Below are positions 25,925-34,353 of a stretch of DNA of 36,101 nucleotides, piece after piece. Below the pieces are notes generated by a model. The model had not been told where the DNA came from, did no database searches, and worked only from the letters and a program-made list of their open reading frames with translations. The first letter of the stretch is position 1, and each line of letters begins with the position of its first letter. This DNA comes from Desulfohalobiaceae bacterium. GTDB taxonomy: Bacteria > Desulfobacterota > Desulfovibrionia > Desulfovibrionales > Desulfothermaceae. The DNA is taken from contig JAIPDU010000001.1 of the NCBI GenBank assembly GCA_021737525.1, forward strand, positions 1 through 36,101. Direction: 5' to 3'. Made by a program: the position numbers and the translations under genes.

Positions 25925-27760
25925 TCAGCTCGGCTCCTCTTCCTCTTCGGGTCCCACCTCTATGTCCTCGTGCAGCTTGATGAGCTCCTCAAAGCGGACG
26001 TCTGCGCCCAATATGGCGGTGATCTCGTCGTTGCTGTCCAAGACCGGCGAGGACACGGTCAAACAGAGCTTCTCCGTGAACATGGATCGATAGAAGTCGG
26101 TGACATGGAGCTTGCCGGTCTGGATGGGAATCTGGAACCATTCCCTGTTGGACAGGTCCTGTCCGATAAAGATGTGCCTGTACTTGGGCTTGTCCTCGGG
26201 ATAGCTGATTTGCCAGGTGAACAGCCTGCCCCGGCTGTCGGTGAGATAGACGTACTGAATAAAGGGATATGCCTCTATGAGCTGGCTCATCTTTTCCTGC
26301 ATAACGTCCTCGTCCTCCAAGCCCTGCAGCTCGTCGCTCAGTTGGGAGATCAGCTTGGAGGCGAAGTTGTGCGCGGTCTGTTTCAGGTGATCGAACTCGG
26401 AGAGGAAGTATTCCGGGAGATAGCGTTTGACCAGGCCGCGCATCTCCTCAAAGGACATTGCGGTGTTCCTGCCTTTGTCGTACTGCTGCATGATTCTGCG
26501 GTGAATCTTGCTCACCGCGGGATGGGACTTGCTCACCTGATGCTCTTTGTCCAGTTCCAGGGCCTGGTTGATCCAGTAGGCCACCCCGGCTTTGCCGGAC
26601 TTGTCCGTGATGATTATGGGCACGGATTTGCCCAGGATGTGCTTGGTGTCGAAGATGTTGTAGATTTCCTCGTTCTTGGCCAGCCCGTCCACGTGGATAC
26701 CGGCACTTGTGGCGTTGAAGTCGCGCCCCACAAAGGGAAAGCTGGGCGGTATCTTGTAGTGGAGCTCTTTTTCGAAGTATTCCGCGATTTCGGTGATGAC
26801 GGGTGTATAGGCAGCGTCGTCGTTTCCGGTGATGGAAATGTACTCCATAACCAAGGCCTCAATGGGCGCGTTGCCGGTCCGTTCCCCGAAGCCCAGAAGG
26901 GTGCCGTTGGCTCCGCTGCATCCGTATATCCAGGCCGTGGACGTATTGATCAGGGCCTTGTGGAAGTCGTTGTGGCCGTGCCATTCCAGCCACTCTCCGG
27001 GGACTTCCGCTTCATCCGTGAAAGCCCGGATGATTTTGCTCACGTTCCGTGGCAGCGACGCGCCGGGATAGGGCACGCCATAGCCCATGGTGTCGCAAAG
27101 ACGGATTTTGACCGGTATTCCGCTCTCACCGGCCATGTGCATCAGCTTTTGAGCGAAGGGAATGCAGAAGCCGTAGATGTCCGCGCGGGTGATGTCCTCG
27201 AAATGGCATCTGGGGCGGATCCCCAGCTCCAGGGACTTTTCCACGACCTCCAGGTAATCCTTGAGGACCCGTGCCCTGTCCTTCTCCAGCTTAAGATAGA
27301 CATGGTAGTCGGAGACCGAGGTAAGCATCCCGGTTTCCTTGAGCCCCATTTCCTTGACCAGGTTCAGATCCTGCTTGTTGCACCGGATCCAGCCGGTGAC
27401 CTCGGGATAGGTGTAGTTTTTGGCCAGGCAGGCCTCTACCGCCTTGCGATCCTTGTCCGAATAGAGAAAGAATTCGCTCTGTCGGATGAGGCCGCTTTGG
27501 CCGCCCAGATGATGCAAGTAGTCGTAGAGGGTGCTGATCTGTTCCGCTGTATAGGGGGGGCGCGCCTGCTGGCCGTCGCGGAAGGTGGTGTCCGTAATGA
27601 ACATGGGCTCCGCAGGCCGGGGCATGATAAAGACGTCGTCGAACTGGCATCTGCCGACTTTCTTGAAAGGATACAGAGAGCGGAAAAGTTGGGGGTTCTC
27701 AGGATTTTTGATTTCCTGCTCCGTTTCCGGCTGTTTGAGCTGAAGGGTGTGTTTGGCCAT
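25925..27760 (-). CDS. HMGL-family acyl-CoA condensing enzyme (isopropylmalate/homocitrate/Re-citrate synthase family) with C-terminal Cache/PAS-like domain
   Basis: 611 aa with DTTFRDGQQ, EFFLY, WHGHNDFHKA (metal His pair) and GERTGN. The last ~150 aa has Cache-type motifs (YVYLTDSRGRLF, NREWF, GKLHVTDFY, LTVSSPV, AILGADV). Confidence 0.8.
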   Translation of the reverse strand: MAKHTLQLKQPETEQEIKNPENPQLFRSLYPFKKVGRCQFDDVFIMPRPAEPMFITDTTFRDGQQARPPYTAEQISTLYDYLHHLGGQSGLIRQSEFFLYSDKDRKAVEACLAKNYTYPEVTGWIRCNKQDLNLVKEMGLKETGMLTSVSDYHVYLKLEKDRARVLKDYLEVVEKSLELGIRPRCHFEDITRADIYGFCIPFAQKLMHMAGESGIPVKIRLCDTMGYGVPYPGASLPRNVSKIIRAFTDEAEVPGEWLEWHGHNDFHKALINTSTAWIYGCSGANGTLLGFGERTGNAPIEALVMEYISITGNDDAAYTPVITEIAEYFEKELHYKIPPSFPFVGRDFNATSAGIHVDGLAKNEEIYNIFDTKHILGKSVPIIITDKSGKAGVAYWINQALELDKEHQVSKSHPAVSKIHRRIMQQYDKGRNTAMSFEEMRGLVKRYLPEYFLSEFDHLKQTAHNFASKLISQLSDELQGLEDEDVMQEKMSQLIEAYPFIQYVYLTDSRGRLFTWQISYPEDKPKYRHIFIGQDLSNREWFQIPIQTGKLHVTDFYRSMFTEKLCLTVSSPVLDSNDEITAILGADVRFEELIKLHEDIEVGPEEEEEPS

Positions 27761-27844
27761 AGGGGATCTCTGTGTGGACTATCCAGGATATAAGATTCGG
27801 GCGGTGTTCCACCCGGAGTTGAATCAACTGACTCCAAAATAATT

Positions 27845-27873
27845 AATTTACTTACATTGGACATCGGAGTCAA
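27845..27873 (-). promoter_or_regulatory. Candidate sigma-70 promoter for the HMGL synthase gene
   Basis: Minus strand reads TTGACT (27873-27868), a 17-nt spacer, then TAAATT (27850-27845). This leaves a ~78 nt leader before ATG at 27760. Confidence 0.45.
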
Positions 27874-27942
27874 TCTTTTTCTGTCAGGCCGCGGGCTGAG
27901 CTTGTTTTCCCGTAACTGTTCAGCCCCTCGCGGAACTGTGAG

Positions 27943-28023
27943 CCTACCCGGGGTATTTTGCATCATGCAGCTTCGACTCTGGATTTTCTAACGCTCGCCA
28001 CGCGGGGGCATCCCTGGCCCGTA
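27943..28023 (+). repeat. Half-copy (left-arm homologue) of the 17830-18157 palindromic element
   Basis: Hand alignment to 17859-17940 gives 68 identical positions in 82 columns with one 1-nt indel. It includes an identical 20-mer ATTTTCTAACGCTCGCCACG and 13-mer GGGGGCATCCCTG. Confidence 0.75.
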
Positions 28024-28080
28024 TTCCTTCTCCGAGGGGCAGGGTGCGCTCAAAAAGTCGCGGGATGTAAGCTCCGGGAA

Positions 28081-28848
28081 TCAAAACCTGTCCGCGCTTT
28101 GCGCGATCCTGTGGTACAGGTGCTGCGTATCGTCGTGCTCGGGGTTGATCTCCGCCGCCCGATCCACGGCATCCCGGGCCTTGTCCAGCCAGTTGCCCTG
28201 CAGAAGGTGTCTGGCGGCGAGGAGATACATTGTCTCCGGATTCGATCCGTAAATGGCCTGGATGAGGTCCTGGTGGAGGTCCTGGAAAACATCCCGGACC
28301 CGCTTTTCGTGTTCGAACAAGAAGCGTGCGAGGATTTGGTTCTCGTCATGGCGGGGGAGGTAGCGGATAAAGATGTTCTTGCTTTCGGCCAGGATGAACT
28401 GGATCCTGTGCACTTCCTTGTTGATGCTCTCCCTGGTCTGGGAGGCTAGCCGGAAGAGATTGGAGCCCACTTCCTGTTCCCGCTGGGGATATCTCGGATC
28501 GGACTGCACGAATTGGAACCATGGTATATAGGTCTGGAGTTGATAGGCGTCCTCCCGGAGCTTCATGCACTCGTGAAAGATGTAGGCAATGGACCAGTCG
28601 AGGAAAATGCCCGAGAGCGGGGTTTCGGCTTGCTTGCGGAAGAGCAGGTGCGCAGTGTCCTTGAGCAGCCAGAGACGCCCCTGGGCCATTTCCTGTCCCA
28701 GTAATTCATTCAGCGGCTTGAAGCGTATCTCGCCGGTTTGATGGAAACAGGAGAACTCCTTTTCCAGCTCCAGATGGATCAGGCAGAAGTTGCGAAACAG
28801 GTCGGTGGCAAGCTCGTTTTGCTTTCTGGTCAGCCATTTCTTGTTCAT
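28081..28848 (-). CDS. Hypothetical protein, 255 aa (possible C-terminal TPR-like helix pair)
   Basis: Clean ATG ORF with no competing sense-strand ORF. No motif I can assign. The C-terminus YLLAARHLLQGNWLDKARDAVDRAAEINPEH resembles a single TPR. Confidence 0.55.
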   Translation of the reverse strand: MNKKWLTRKQNELATDLFRNFCLIHLELEKEFSCFHQTGEIRFKPLNELLGQEMAQGRLWLLKDTAHLLFRKQAETPLSGIFLDWSIAYIFHECMKLREDAYQLQTYIPWFQFVQSDPRYPQREQEVGSNLFRLASQTRESINKEVHRIQFILAESKNIFIRYLPRHDENQILARFLFEHEKRVRDVFQDLHQDLIQAIYGSNPETMYLLAARHLLQGNWLDKARDAVDRAAEINPEHDDTQHLYHRIAQSADRF

Positions 28849-29227
28849 GCACCAACTCTCGTCATTTGGCCGGGATTCGTCGCAACGGATCCCGATGTGG
28901 ATCTGGCTCGATGAGGCCAGGTGAAGGCTTCATCTGCGAAGGAACACAACCCCATTCTATTGTCTGTCTCCGTTCGAGGTAATGAGCTTACCTTAGATAA
29001 AGGCGGCAGTCACGCCTACTTTCCCGGTGGATCCTTTTATGCACAAAAACTGCGTCAAGGACATGGCCAGAGGCAGTCCAGGAAAAACCGAAGGATGCTT
29101 AAGCACGGATCCATCAGGGGAACGGGACCCCCCCCCTGCCAGGGGGCGGTTTGTTGTGCCGGGAAGGGGGTTTCCGTCCTTGTCCCGGAGAACGGGTGCG
29201 CACTCCTGTGGAATCCATGGCGGACAG

Positions 29228-29256
29228 TTGACGTCGAACAAAGAGTTTGATACTTA
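29228..29256 (+). promoter_or_regulatory. Candidate promoter for atpZ-atpI-atpB-atpE
   Basis: TTGACG (29228-29233), a 17-nt spacer, then TACTTA (29251-29256) preceded by TGA (extended -10-like TGnTAnnnA). Confidence 0.3.
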
Positions 29257-29283
29257 GTTCGAACTTTGTGAAGGAATGAACGA

Positions 29284-29541
29284 ATGAAGTTTTTTAAGGG
29301 GCTGGATCGAGGCTATCTGGACAACCTGTTGCGGGCAAGCCTTATCGGCGCGCACTTGGTGGCCTCGACCTTTATCGGTCTGACAGTAGGTTATTTTTTG
29401 GACAAGTGGTTGCAGACCGGTCCCTGGCTTACTATGATCTTTTTGTTTTTCGGGATCGCGGGTGGATTCACCAACATGTTCCGAGAGGTCAAGCGGATTG
29501 AGCGAGGGGAGAAAGAGAGTGCGGAAAACCGTAAACGCTGA
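29284..29541 (+). CDS. atpZ: AtpZ/AtpI-like small membrane protein of the F0 operon
   Basis: 85 aa with two TM helices (LIGAHLVASTFIGLTVGYFL, WLTMIFLFFGIAGGF) and a basic C-tail. First gene of the atp F0 cluster. Confidence 0.7.
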   Translation: MKFFKGLDRGYLDNLLRASLIGAHLVASTFIGLTVGYFLDKWLQTGPWLTMIFLFFGIAGGFTNMFREVKRIERGEKESAENRKR

Positions 29542-29944
29542 TTTGCGCTCCTTTTTGGGGATACCGGGAGGGGACTATCCGGAGATCCAGCGGATACTCG
29601 CGCTTCACTCCGGCACTGTAGCCGCTCTCGCCGCCCTTTTGTTCGCCGCGGGCTGGAGCCACCTGCTTCTTGCCTATGCACTCGGAGCTCTGCTGGCTTC
29701 CTTCAATCTCCTGGTGCTCGCCCGATTGGTGCCGCAATTGGTTTTTCTGCGAAGTGGGGCGGTCTTTTCGCTTCTGGTCAGTTTCTATCTGCGCTTGTTT
29801 TTCACAGGGGGCGTTCTTTTCGCCGCAGTTTATGCCGTTCAGCTCAACGCCTTGGGGCTATTGCTGGGGCTGTCCACGGTATTTGCCTCGTTCTTGGCCT
29901 GGGGCGGAAGTTTTCTCGTTTCACGAAAACAGAAGGAGGCGTAA
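29519..29944 (+). CDS. atpI: ATP synthase protein I (AtpI); start uncertain (GTG 29519 proposed)
   Basis: Hydrophobic multi-TM protein immediately upstream of atpB. The track ORF start at 29462 lies deep inside atpZ. GTG at 29519 follows GGGGAGAAAGAGA. Confidence 0.6.
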   Translation: MRKTVNADLRSFLGIPGGDYPEIQRILALHSGTVAALAALLFAAGWSHLLLAYALGALLASFNLLVLARLVPQLVFLRSGAVFSLLVSFYLRLFFTGGVLFAAVYAVQLNALGLLLGLSTVFASFLAWGGSFLVSRKQKEA

Positions 29945-29947
29945 GGG

Positions 29948-30652
29948 ATGTCCGTCCAAATAGCACCCCATGTGGTCCTTTTGGAAAAGTTCATGCACAC
30001 TGTAGGGCTTGTGGAAGAGGGCCACATCCTGATTCCGAATCATGTGCTGTATACTTGGCTGGTCATGCTGATTCTGATCGCGTTGGCCTGGGTGGCCACA
30101 CGCAATGTGACCCTTGTCCCAAAAGGAGTTCAGAATTTTTGGGAAATTGTCATAGGGGGGTTGGAGGAATTCACCGTCTCCACCATGGGGGAGAACGGCC
30201 GTACTGTGTTTCCCCTTTTGATGACCCTGTTCATATTCATTCTGTTCGCCAACTTTATCGGGCTCATGCCGGGCGGAGTCGCGCCAACCGCCAACCTCAA
30301 CACCAACGCCGCCATGGCTATCGTGGTGTTCATCTTCTACAATCTGGTGGGGCTCAAGATGCACGGGGCGAAATACGTCAAGCAATTCGTCGGCCCAGTG
30401 CCGTGGCTGGCGCCTCTCATCCTGCCCATAGAAATTCTGAGTCACCTGGCGCGTCCGCTCTCCCTGACGGTGCGGCTTTTCGGAAACATTTTCGGCGAGG
30501 AGTTGGTGCTGATTCTCTTTTTTGCCCTTCTGCCTGTTCTCGCCACATTGCCCATGTATTTCCTCTACTCCCTGGTGGATACAATCCAGGCTTTCATTTT
30601 CTTCATGCTGTCCATGATCTATCTCAAGCTGGCCTTTGAGGAGGCGCATTAA
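29948..30652 (+). CDS. atpB: F0F1 ATP synthase subunit a
   Basis: 234 aa, polytopic, with the conserved stator-Arg block LSHLARPLSLTVRLFGNIFGEE. Confidence 0.93.
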   Translation: MSVQIAPHVVLLEKFMHTVGLVEEGHILIPNHVLYTWLVMLILIALAWVATRNVTLVPKGVQNFWEIVIGGLEEFTVSTMGENGRTVFPLLMTLFIFILFANFIGLMPGGVAPTANLNTNAAMAIVVFIFYNLVGLKMHGAKYVKQFVGPVPWLAPLILPIEILSHLARPLSLTVRLFGNIFGEELVLILFFALLPVLATLPMYFLYSLVDTIQAFIFFMLSMIYLKLAFEEAH

Positions 30653-30836
30653 GTCGTTTCCTGGAAGGGCATCGCTTTTGGGACAAAAAGGGGGCCCCAA
30701 GGGCTTTGGTAACAGCCCCATGTTTCTTGCCTCTTGCATCAGGCAAGGCCAGAAGCGATTGGATCGCAACCGGTGGGCACATTCTCTTGAAGCGAGTTCT
30801 CTAGCGGGGGAAATGGTCCTATGACCAACGGAATAA

Positions 30837-31181
<345 letters not shown>

Positions 31182-31196
31182 ACACGCCGAAAGAAA

Positions 31197-31230
31197 AAAG
31201 AGGCCTGTTCCACAGGCCTCTTTATTTATT
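31197..31230 (+). terminator. Rho-independent (bidirectional-looking) terminator after atpE
   Basis: 8-bp GC-rich stem GAGGCCTG (31200-31207) / CAGGCCTC (31213-31220) with a 5-nt loop. An A-run precedes it and TTTATTTATTTC follows. Confidence 0.8.
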
Positions 31231-31236
31231 TCTTTC

Positions 31237-31254
31237 TTGTGAAATTTTTCTCAA
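31237..31254 (+). promoter_or_regulatory. Rex operator (ROP box) upstream of rex
   Basis: TTGTGAA-ATTT-TTCTCAA versus the Rex-family consensus TTGTGAA-N4-TTCACAA, one mismatch in 14 specified positions. It ends 7 nt before the rex ATG. Confidence 0.6.
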
Positions 31255-31261
31255 GTTCATT

Positions 31262-31894
31262 ATGGTTGCCAAAAGCGATAAGATTCCTCAAGCCACTATT
31301 CAAAGAATGGGCGTCTACATCCAGGTTCTTGAGGATCTTCAATCCCAGCAACAGCAAGTCATCCCTTCGGAGAAGCTTGCCGAGAAATGTGAAGTCAATT
31401 CTTCGCAAATACGCAAGGATCTTGCCTACTTTGGAGAGTTCGGCGTGCGGGGGGTGGGTTACTATGTGACCGATCTCTTGCAGGCGATCAAGCATTTTCT
31501 GGGCATTGACCGGAATTGGAACTGCATTCTCGTCGGAGTGGGCAATCTGGGACGCGCCCTTTTGCGTCATAGGCAACTGCCCCAGAAGGGGTTCCAGATC
31601 CGGATGGCCTTCGACTGCGATCCATTCAAGATAGGGGAGCATGTTGCCGGTCACGAGGTGGTCTGCACTCGCCGTCTCAAGGAGAAAGCCCAACTAATGC
31701 AGATCGATATCGGTTTGATCACCACGCCCCCGGAACGAGCCCAGCGAGCGGCGAACCATATGATGCAGGCCGGGATCAAGGGCATTATCAACTTTGCCCC
31801 CACCCGCATCCATGTTTCCAGCGACGTGACTGTCGACTATGTCGACTTTTCCAACCATCTCATTTCCATGGCATTTCGCCTCTCCCATCCCTAG
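31262..31894 (+). CDS. rex: Redox-sensing transcriptional repressor Rex
   Basis: 210 aa with N-terminal winged helix ([17 protein letters not shown]...[18 protein letters not shown]) and Rossmann loop [12 protein letters not shown]. Confidence 0.92.
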   Translation: MVAKSDKIPQATIQRMGVYIQVLEDLQSQQQQVIPSEKLAEKCEVNSSQIRKDLAYFGEFGVRGVGYYVTDLLQAIKHFLGIDRNWNCILVGVGNLGRALLRHRQLPQKGFQIRMAFDCDPFKIGEHVAGHEVVCTRRLKEKAQLMQIDIGLITTPPERAQRAANHMMQAGIKGIINFAPTRIHVSSDVTVDYVDFSNHLISMAFRLSHP

Positions 31895-31917
31895 GCCGCT
31901 CCGGGCTTTTCTCCCCC

Positions 31918-31947
31918 TTGTCAAATCCTGCATTTTTAGTATATATT
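31918..31947 (+). promoter_or_regulatory. Candidate sigma-70 promoter for rpmE-prfA-prmC
   Basis: TTGTCA (31918-31923), a 17/18-nt spacer, then ATATAT/TATATT (31941-31947). About 50 nt upstream of rpmE. Confidence 0.5.
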
Positions 31948-31994
31948 TATTGATTCCTTTTGACCAAAAGCATGTCACAGGCAAGGAGAACGGT

Positions 31995-32213
31995 ATGAAA
32001 CGCGATATCCATCCCCAGCAGCAGGAGGCCAGGATCGAATGCTCCTGTGGCTATGTCCTGCAAACCCATTCCTCTCGCGCGGAAACCATCCAGGTGGAGA
32101 TCTGCTCCAACTGCCATCCCTTCTTTACGGGGAAGCAGCGTTTCGTGGATACTGCCGGGCGAATCGACAAGTTCCGCAGGAAATACGGCCAGAATTACGG
32201 TCAATCCGAATAG
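31995..32213 (+). CDS. rpmE: 50S ribosomal protein L31
   Basis: 72 aa: [19 protein letters not shown]...[37 protein letters not shown]. The track ORF upstream extension is rejected. Confidence 0.95.
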   Translation: MKRDIHPQQQEARIECSCGYVLQTHSSRAETIQVEICSNCHPFFTGKQRFVDTAGRIDKFRRKYGQNYGQSE

Positions 32214-32253
32214 CTCGCAGGATTAGCCCGCCTGTGCGGGATATGTGGGATCT

Positions 32254-33330
32254 ATGTCCTTTTTAAGTAAGCTCGAGGATATTGAGCAGCGATTCCTTGA
32301 TATCGAGCAACAGCTCGGCTCGCCGGAAGTTGTTCAGGATCAGAGGCAGTATAGCGAGCTGGCCAAGACACATGCCGAGCTGAGCGACATCGTGAACGAC
32401 TTCCGAGAATACAAGGAAGTTCTTCAGGCCCTGGAAAAGAACAAGGACATGCTCCGGGACGAGGACCCGGGTATCCGCGAGCTTGCCAAGACGGAGCAGG
32501 AAGAGCTGGAAAACCGGTCCGCACGACTCGAGCAACAGCTCAAGTTGAAACTGGTGCCCGAAGACCCCATGGACAAGAAGGCTGTCATATTGGAAATCCG
32601 CGCCGGGACCGGCGGGGATGAGGCAGCCTTGTTCGTCGCCGATTTGCTCAAGATGTACATGCGCTATGCCGAAGGCAAGGGCTGGAGCACCCAGTTGTTG
32701 AATAAGCAGGATTCCGGGGCCGGAGGTTTTAAGGAGGTCGTGGGACAGATCTCCGGCAAGCGCGTATACAGCCGGCTCAAATACGAATCCGGCGTGCATA
32801 GGGTGCAGCGGGTTCCGGCGACGGAATCGCAGGGGAGGATCCACACCTCCACTGTGACCGTGGCCGTGTTGCCCGAGGCGGAAGAGGTGGATGTCCAGAT
32901 CGATCCGAACGAATTGCGGATCGACGTCTTCCGCTCGTCCGGTCCGGGAGGGCAGAGCGTGAACACAACGGACTCGGCTGTTCGGATAACCCATGTTCCC
33001 ACAGGCGTGGTCGTGATCTGCCAGGACGAGAAGTCCCAGCACAAGAACCGGGCCAAGGCCATGCGGGTTCTTCGATCCAAGCTCTTGAAGATGAAGCAGG
33101 ACCAGGCTAAACAGGAGCAGGACGAATCCCGCCGGAGCCAGGTCGGCACGGGGGAGAGGTCCGAAAGGATACGCACCTATAATTTCCCCCAAAGCCGGAT
33201 CACCGACCACCGGATCAACCTCACCACCTACAATCTCGACGCCGTCCTTGAAGGGGATCTGGATCAGCTCATCGATCCATTGGAGAAGAACTTTCAAGCA
33301 GAGAACCTCAAGTCCGCCGTGCAGGTCTAG
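32254..33330 (+). CDS. prfA: Peptide chain release factor 1
   Basis: GGQ motif ([16 protein letters not shown]) and the RF1-type PAT tripeptide ([14 protein letters not shown]). ATG at 32254 is preferred over the track GTG at 32245. Confidence 0.95.
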   Translation: MSFLSKLEDIEQRFLDIEQQLGSPEVVQDQRQYSELAKTHAELSDIVNDFREYKEVLQALEKNKDMLRDEDPGIRELAKTEQEELENRSARLEQQLKLKLVPEDPMDKKAVILEIRAGTGGDEAALFVADLLKMYMRYAEGKGWSTQLLNKQDSGAGGFKEVVGQISGKRVYSRLKYESGVHRVQRVPATESQGRIHTSTVTVAVLPEAEEVDVQIDPNELRIDVFRSSGPGGQSVNTTDSAVRITHVPTGVVVICQDEKSQHKNRAKAMRVLRSKLLKMKQDQAKQEQDESRRSQVGTGERSERIRTYNFPQSRITDHRINLTTYNLDAVLEGDLDQLIDPLEKNFQAENLKSAVQV

Positions 33331-33355
33331 GCGGCTTATTGAAGATTCCGACCTC

Positions 33356-34219
33356 TTGACATCCCATCGGCTTGACCACATCCTGCGCGCGGCCTGCGAC
33401 TATTTGAGCAGGCGAGATGTGGACTCCCCCCGCTTGTCCGCAGAGCTGCTTCTTGCCCATGCCGGGCGGTTGAGGCGCCTGGATATCCTCGTGCGACCCG
33501 AATTGGAGCTCGAAGAGGACCAGGTGGAGACATTCCGGGATCTGGTTCGCAGGCGCGGCCACGGCGAGCCCGTTGCCTATCTCGTGGGGCACAAGGAATT
33601 TTACGGTCGCGATTTCCAGGTGGGCCCCGATGTTCTTGTTCCCCGTCCGGAAACGGAGCTGGTGATCGACCTGTGCAAGGAGATCGCCGCCTTCCATGCC
33701 AAGTGGCGCATCGCAGATATATGCGCCGGGAGCGGCAATCTCGGCGTAACGCTTTGCTGTGAGTTTCCTGGATTTCAATGCCTTATGGCGGATGTCTCCC
33801 TCCCGGCGCTTCAGATGGCCCGAAGGAACGCAAGGCGTCTGGGAGTGGCTGACCGGGCATTCGTGAGTCAGCAGGGGTTTGCCTCTGCCCTGGGATACGG
33901 GACCCTGGATCTCGCTGTCTGCAATCCGCCCTATATCTCTCCAGCTGAATACAGCTCCCTGAGTCGCGAGATTGTTCAGTTTGAGCCAAAAATCGCGCTC
34001 CACGGCGGTCGGGAGGGTCTGGAGCTGCCCTGGAGGGCTGTTGGAAGTATTGCTTCCCGTCTTCGACCGGGTGGCTACATGATCCTGGAAACCGGACGGG
34101 ATCAGGCCCGGAGGATCGCTTCCCGTATGTCCCGGTCCGAATCCTGTTGGGACAATGTTCGCGTTCATTTGGATCTGCGGGGCGATGATCGTTTTGTGAG
34201 CGCGCAACGGGTGTGGTGA
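33356..34219 (+). CDS. prmC: Release factor glutamine N5-methyltransferase PrmC/HemK (start uncertain, TTG 33356 proposed)
   Basis: NPPY catalytic motif (VCNPPYISPAEY), SAM-binding DICAGSGNLG, HemK N-terminal helix bundle (SPRLSAELLLAHA). There is no in-frame ATG between the prfA stop and residue ~150. Confidence 0.8.
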   Translation: MTSHRLDHILRAACDYLSRRDVDSPRLSAELLLAHAGRLRRLDILVRPELELEEDQVETFRDLVRRRGHGEPVAYLVGHKEFYGRDFQVGPDVLVPRPETELVIDLCKEIAAFHAKWRIADICAGSGNLGVTLCCEFPGFQCLMADVSLPALQMARRNARRLGVADRAFVSQQGFASALGYGTLDLAVCNPPYISPAEYSSLSREIVQFEPKIALHGGREGLELPWRAVGSIASRLRPGGYMILETGRDQARRIASRMSRSESCWDNVRVHLDLRGDDRFVSAQRVW

Positions 34220-34353
34220 TAACCACACAGTGTGATCCAAAAGACACAATCGGAACGACTTGCTGCATCAAGCGATTCCGGTGTTTAGCGGAGTTAGCCC
34301 TTGTCCTGCTGCGGCACGAATTTTGCTAGGCCTGGGGATCGGGAGGATCCTAC

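Noticed and set aside
25874-27793. 639-aa plus-strand ORF covering the entire HMGL synthase gene in antisense
   Set aside because: Its triplets are in exact register with the minus-strand codons (both frames start at coordinates with remainder 2 mod 3). Antisense stops would therefore require the sense codons TTA, CTA or TCA, which a GC-rich, codon-biased gene avoids. The translation is low-complexity (G/V/L/D/A/R-rich) with no family motif, while the sense strand encodes an unmistakable DRE-TIM enzyme. It is a shadow ORF.
29266-29283. Possible Rex box TTGTGAAGGAATGAACGA just upstream of atpZ
   Set aside because: Only the left half-site matches. The right half (TGAACGA versus TTCACAA) matches 4 of 7 positions. 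I kept it as a note within the Rex finding, not as a feature.
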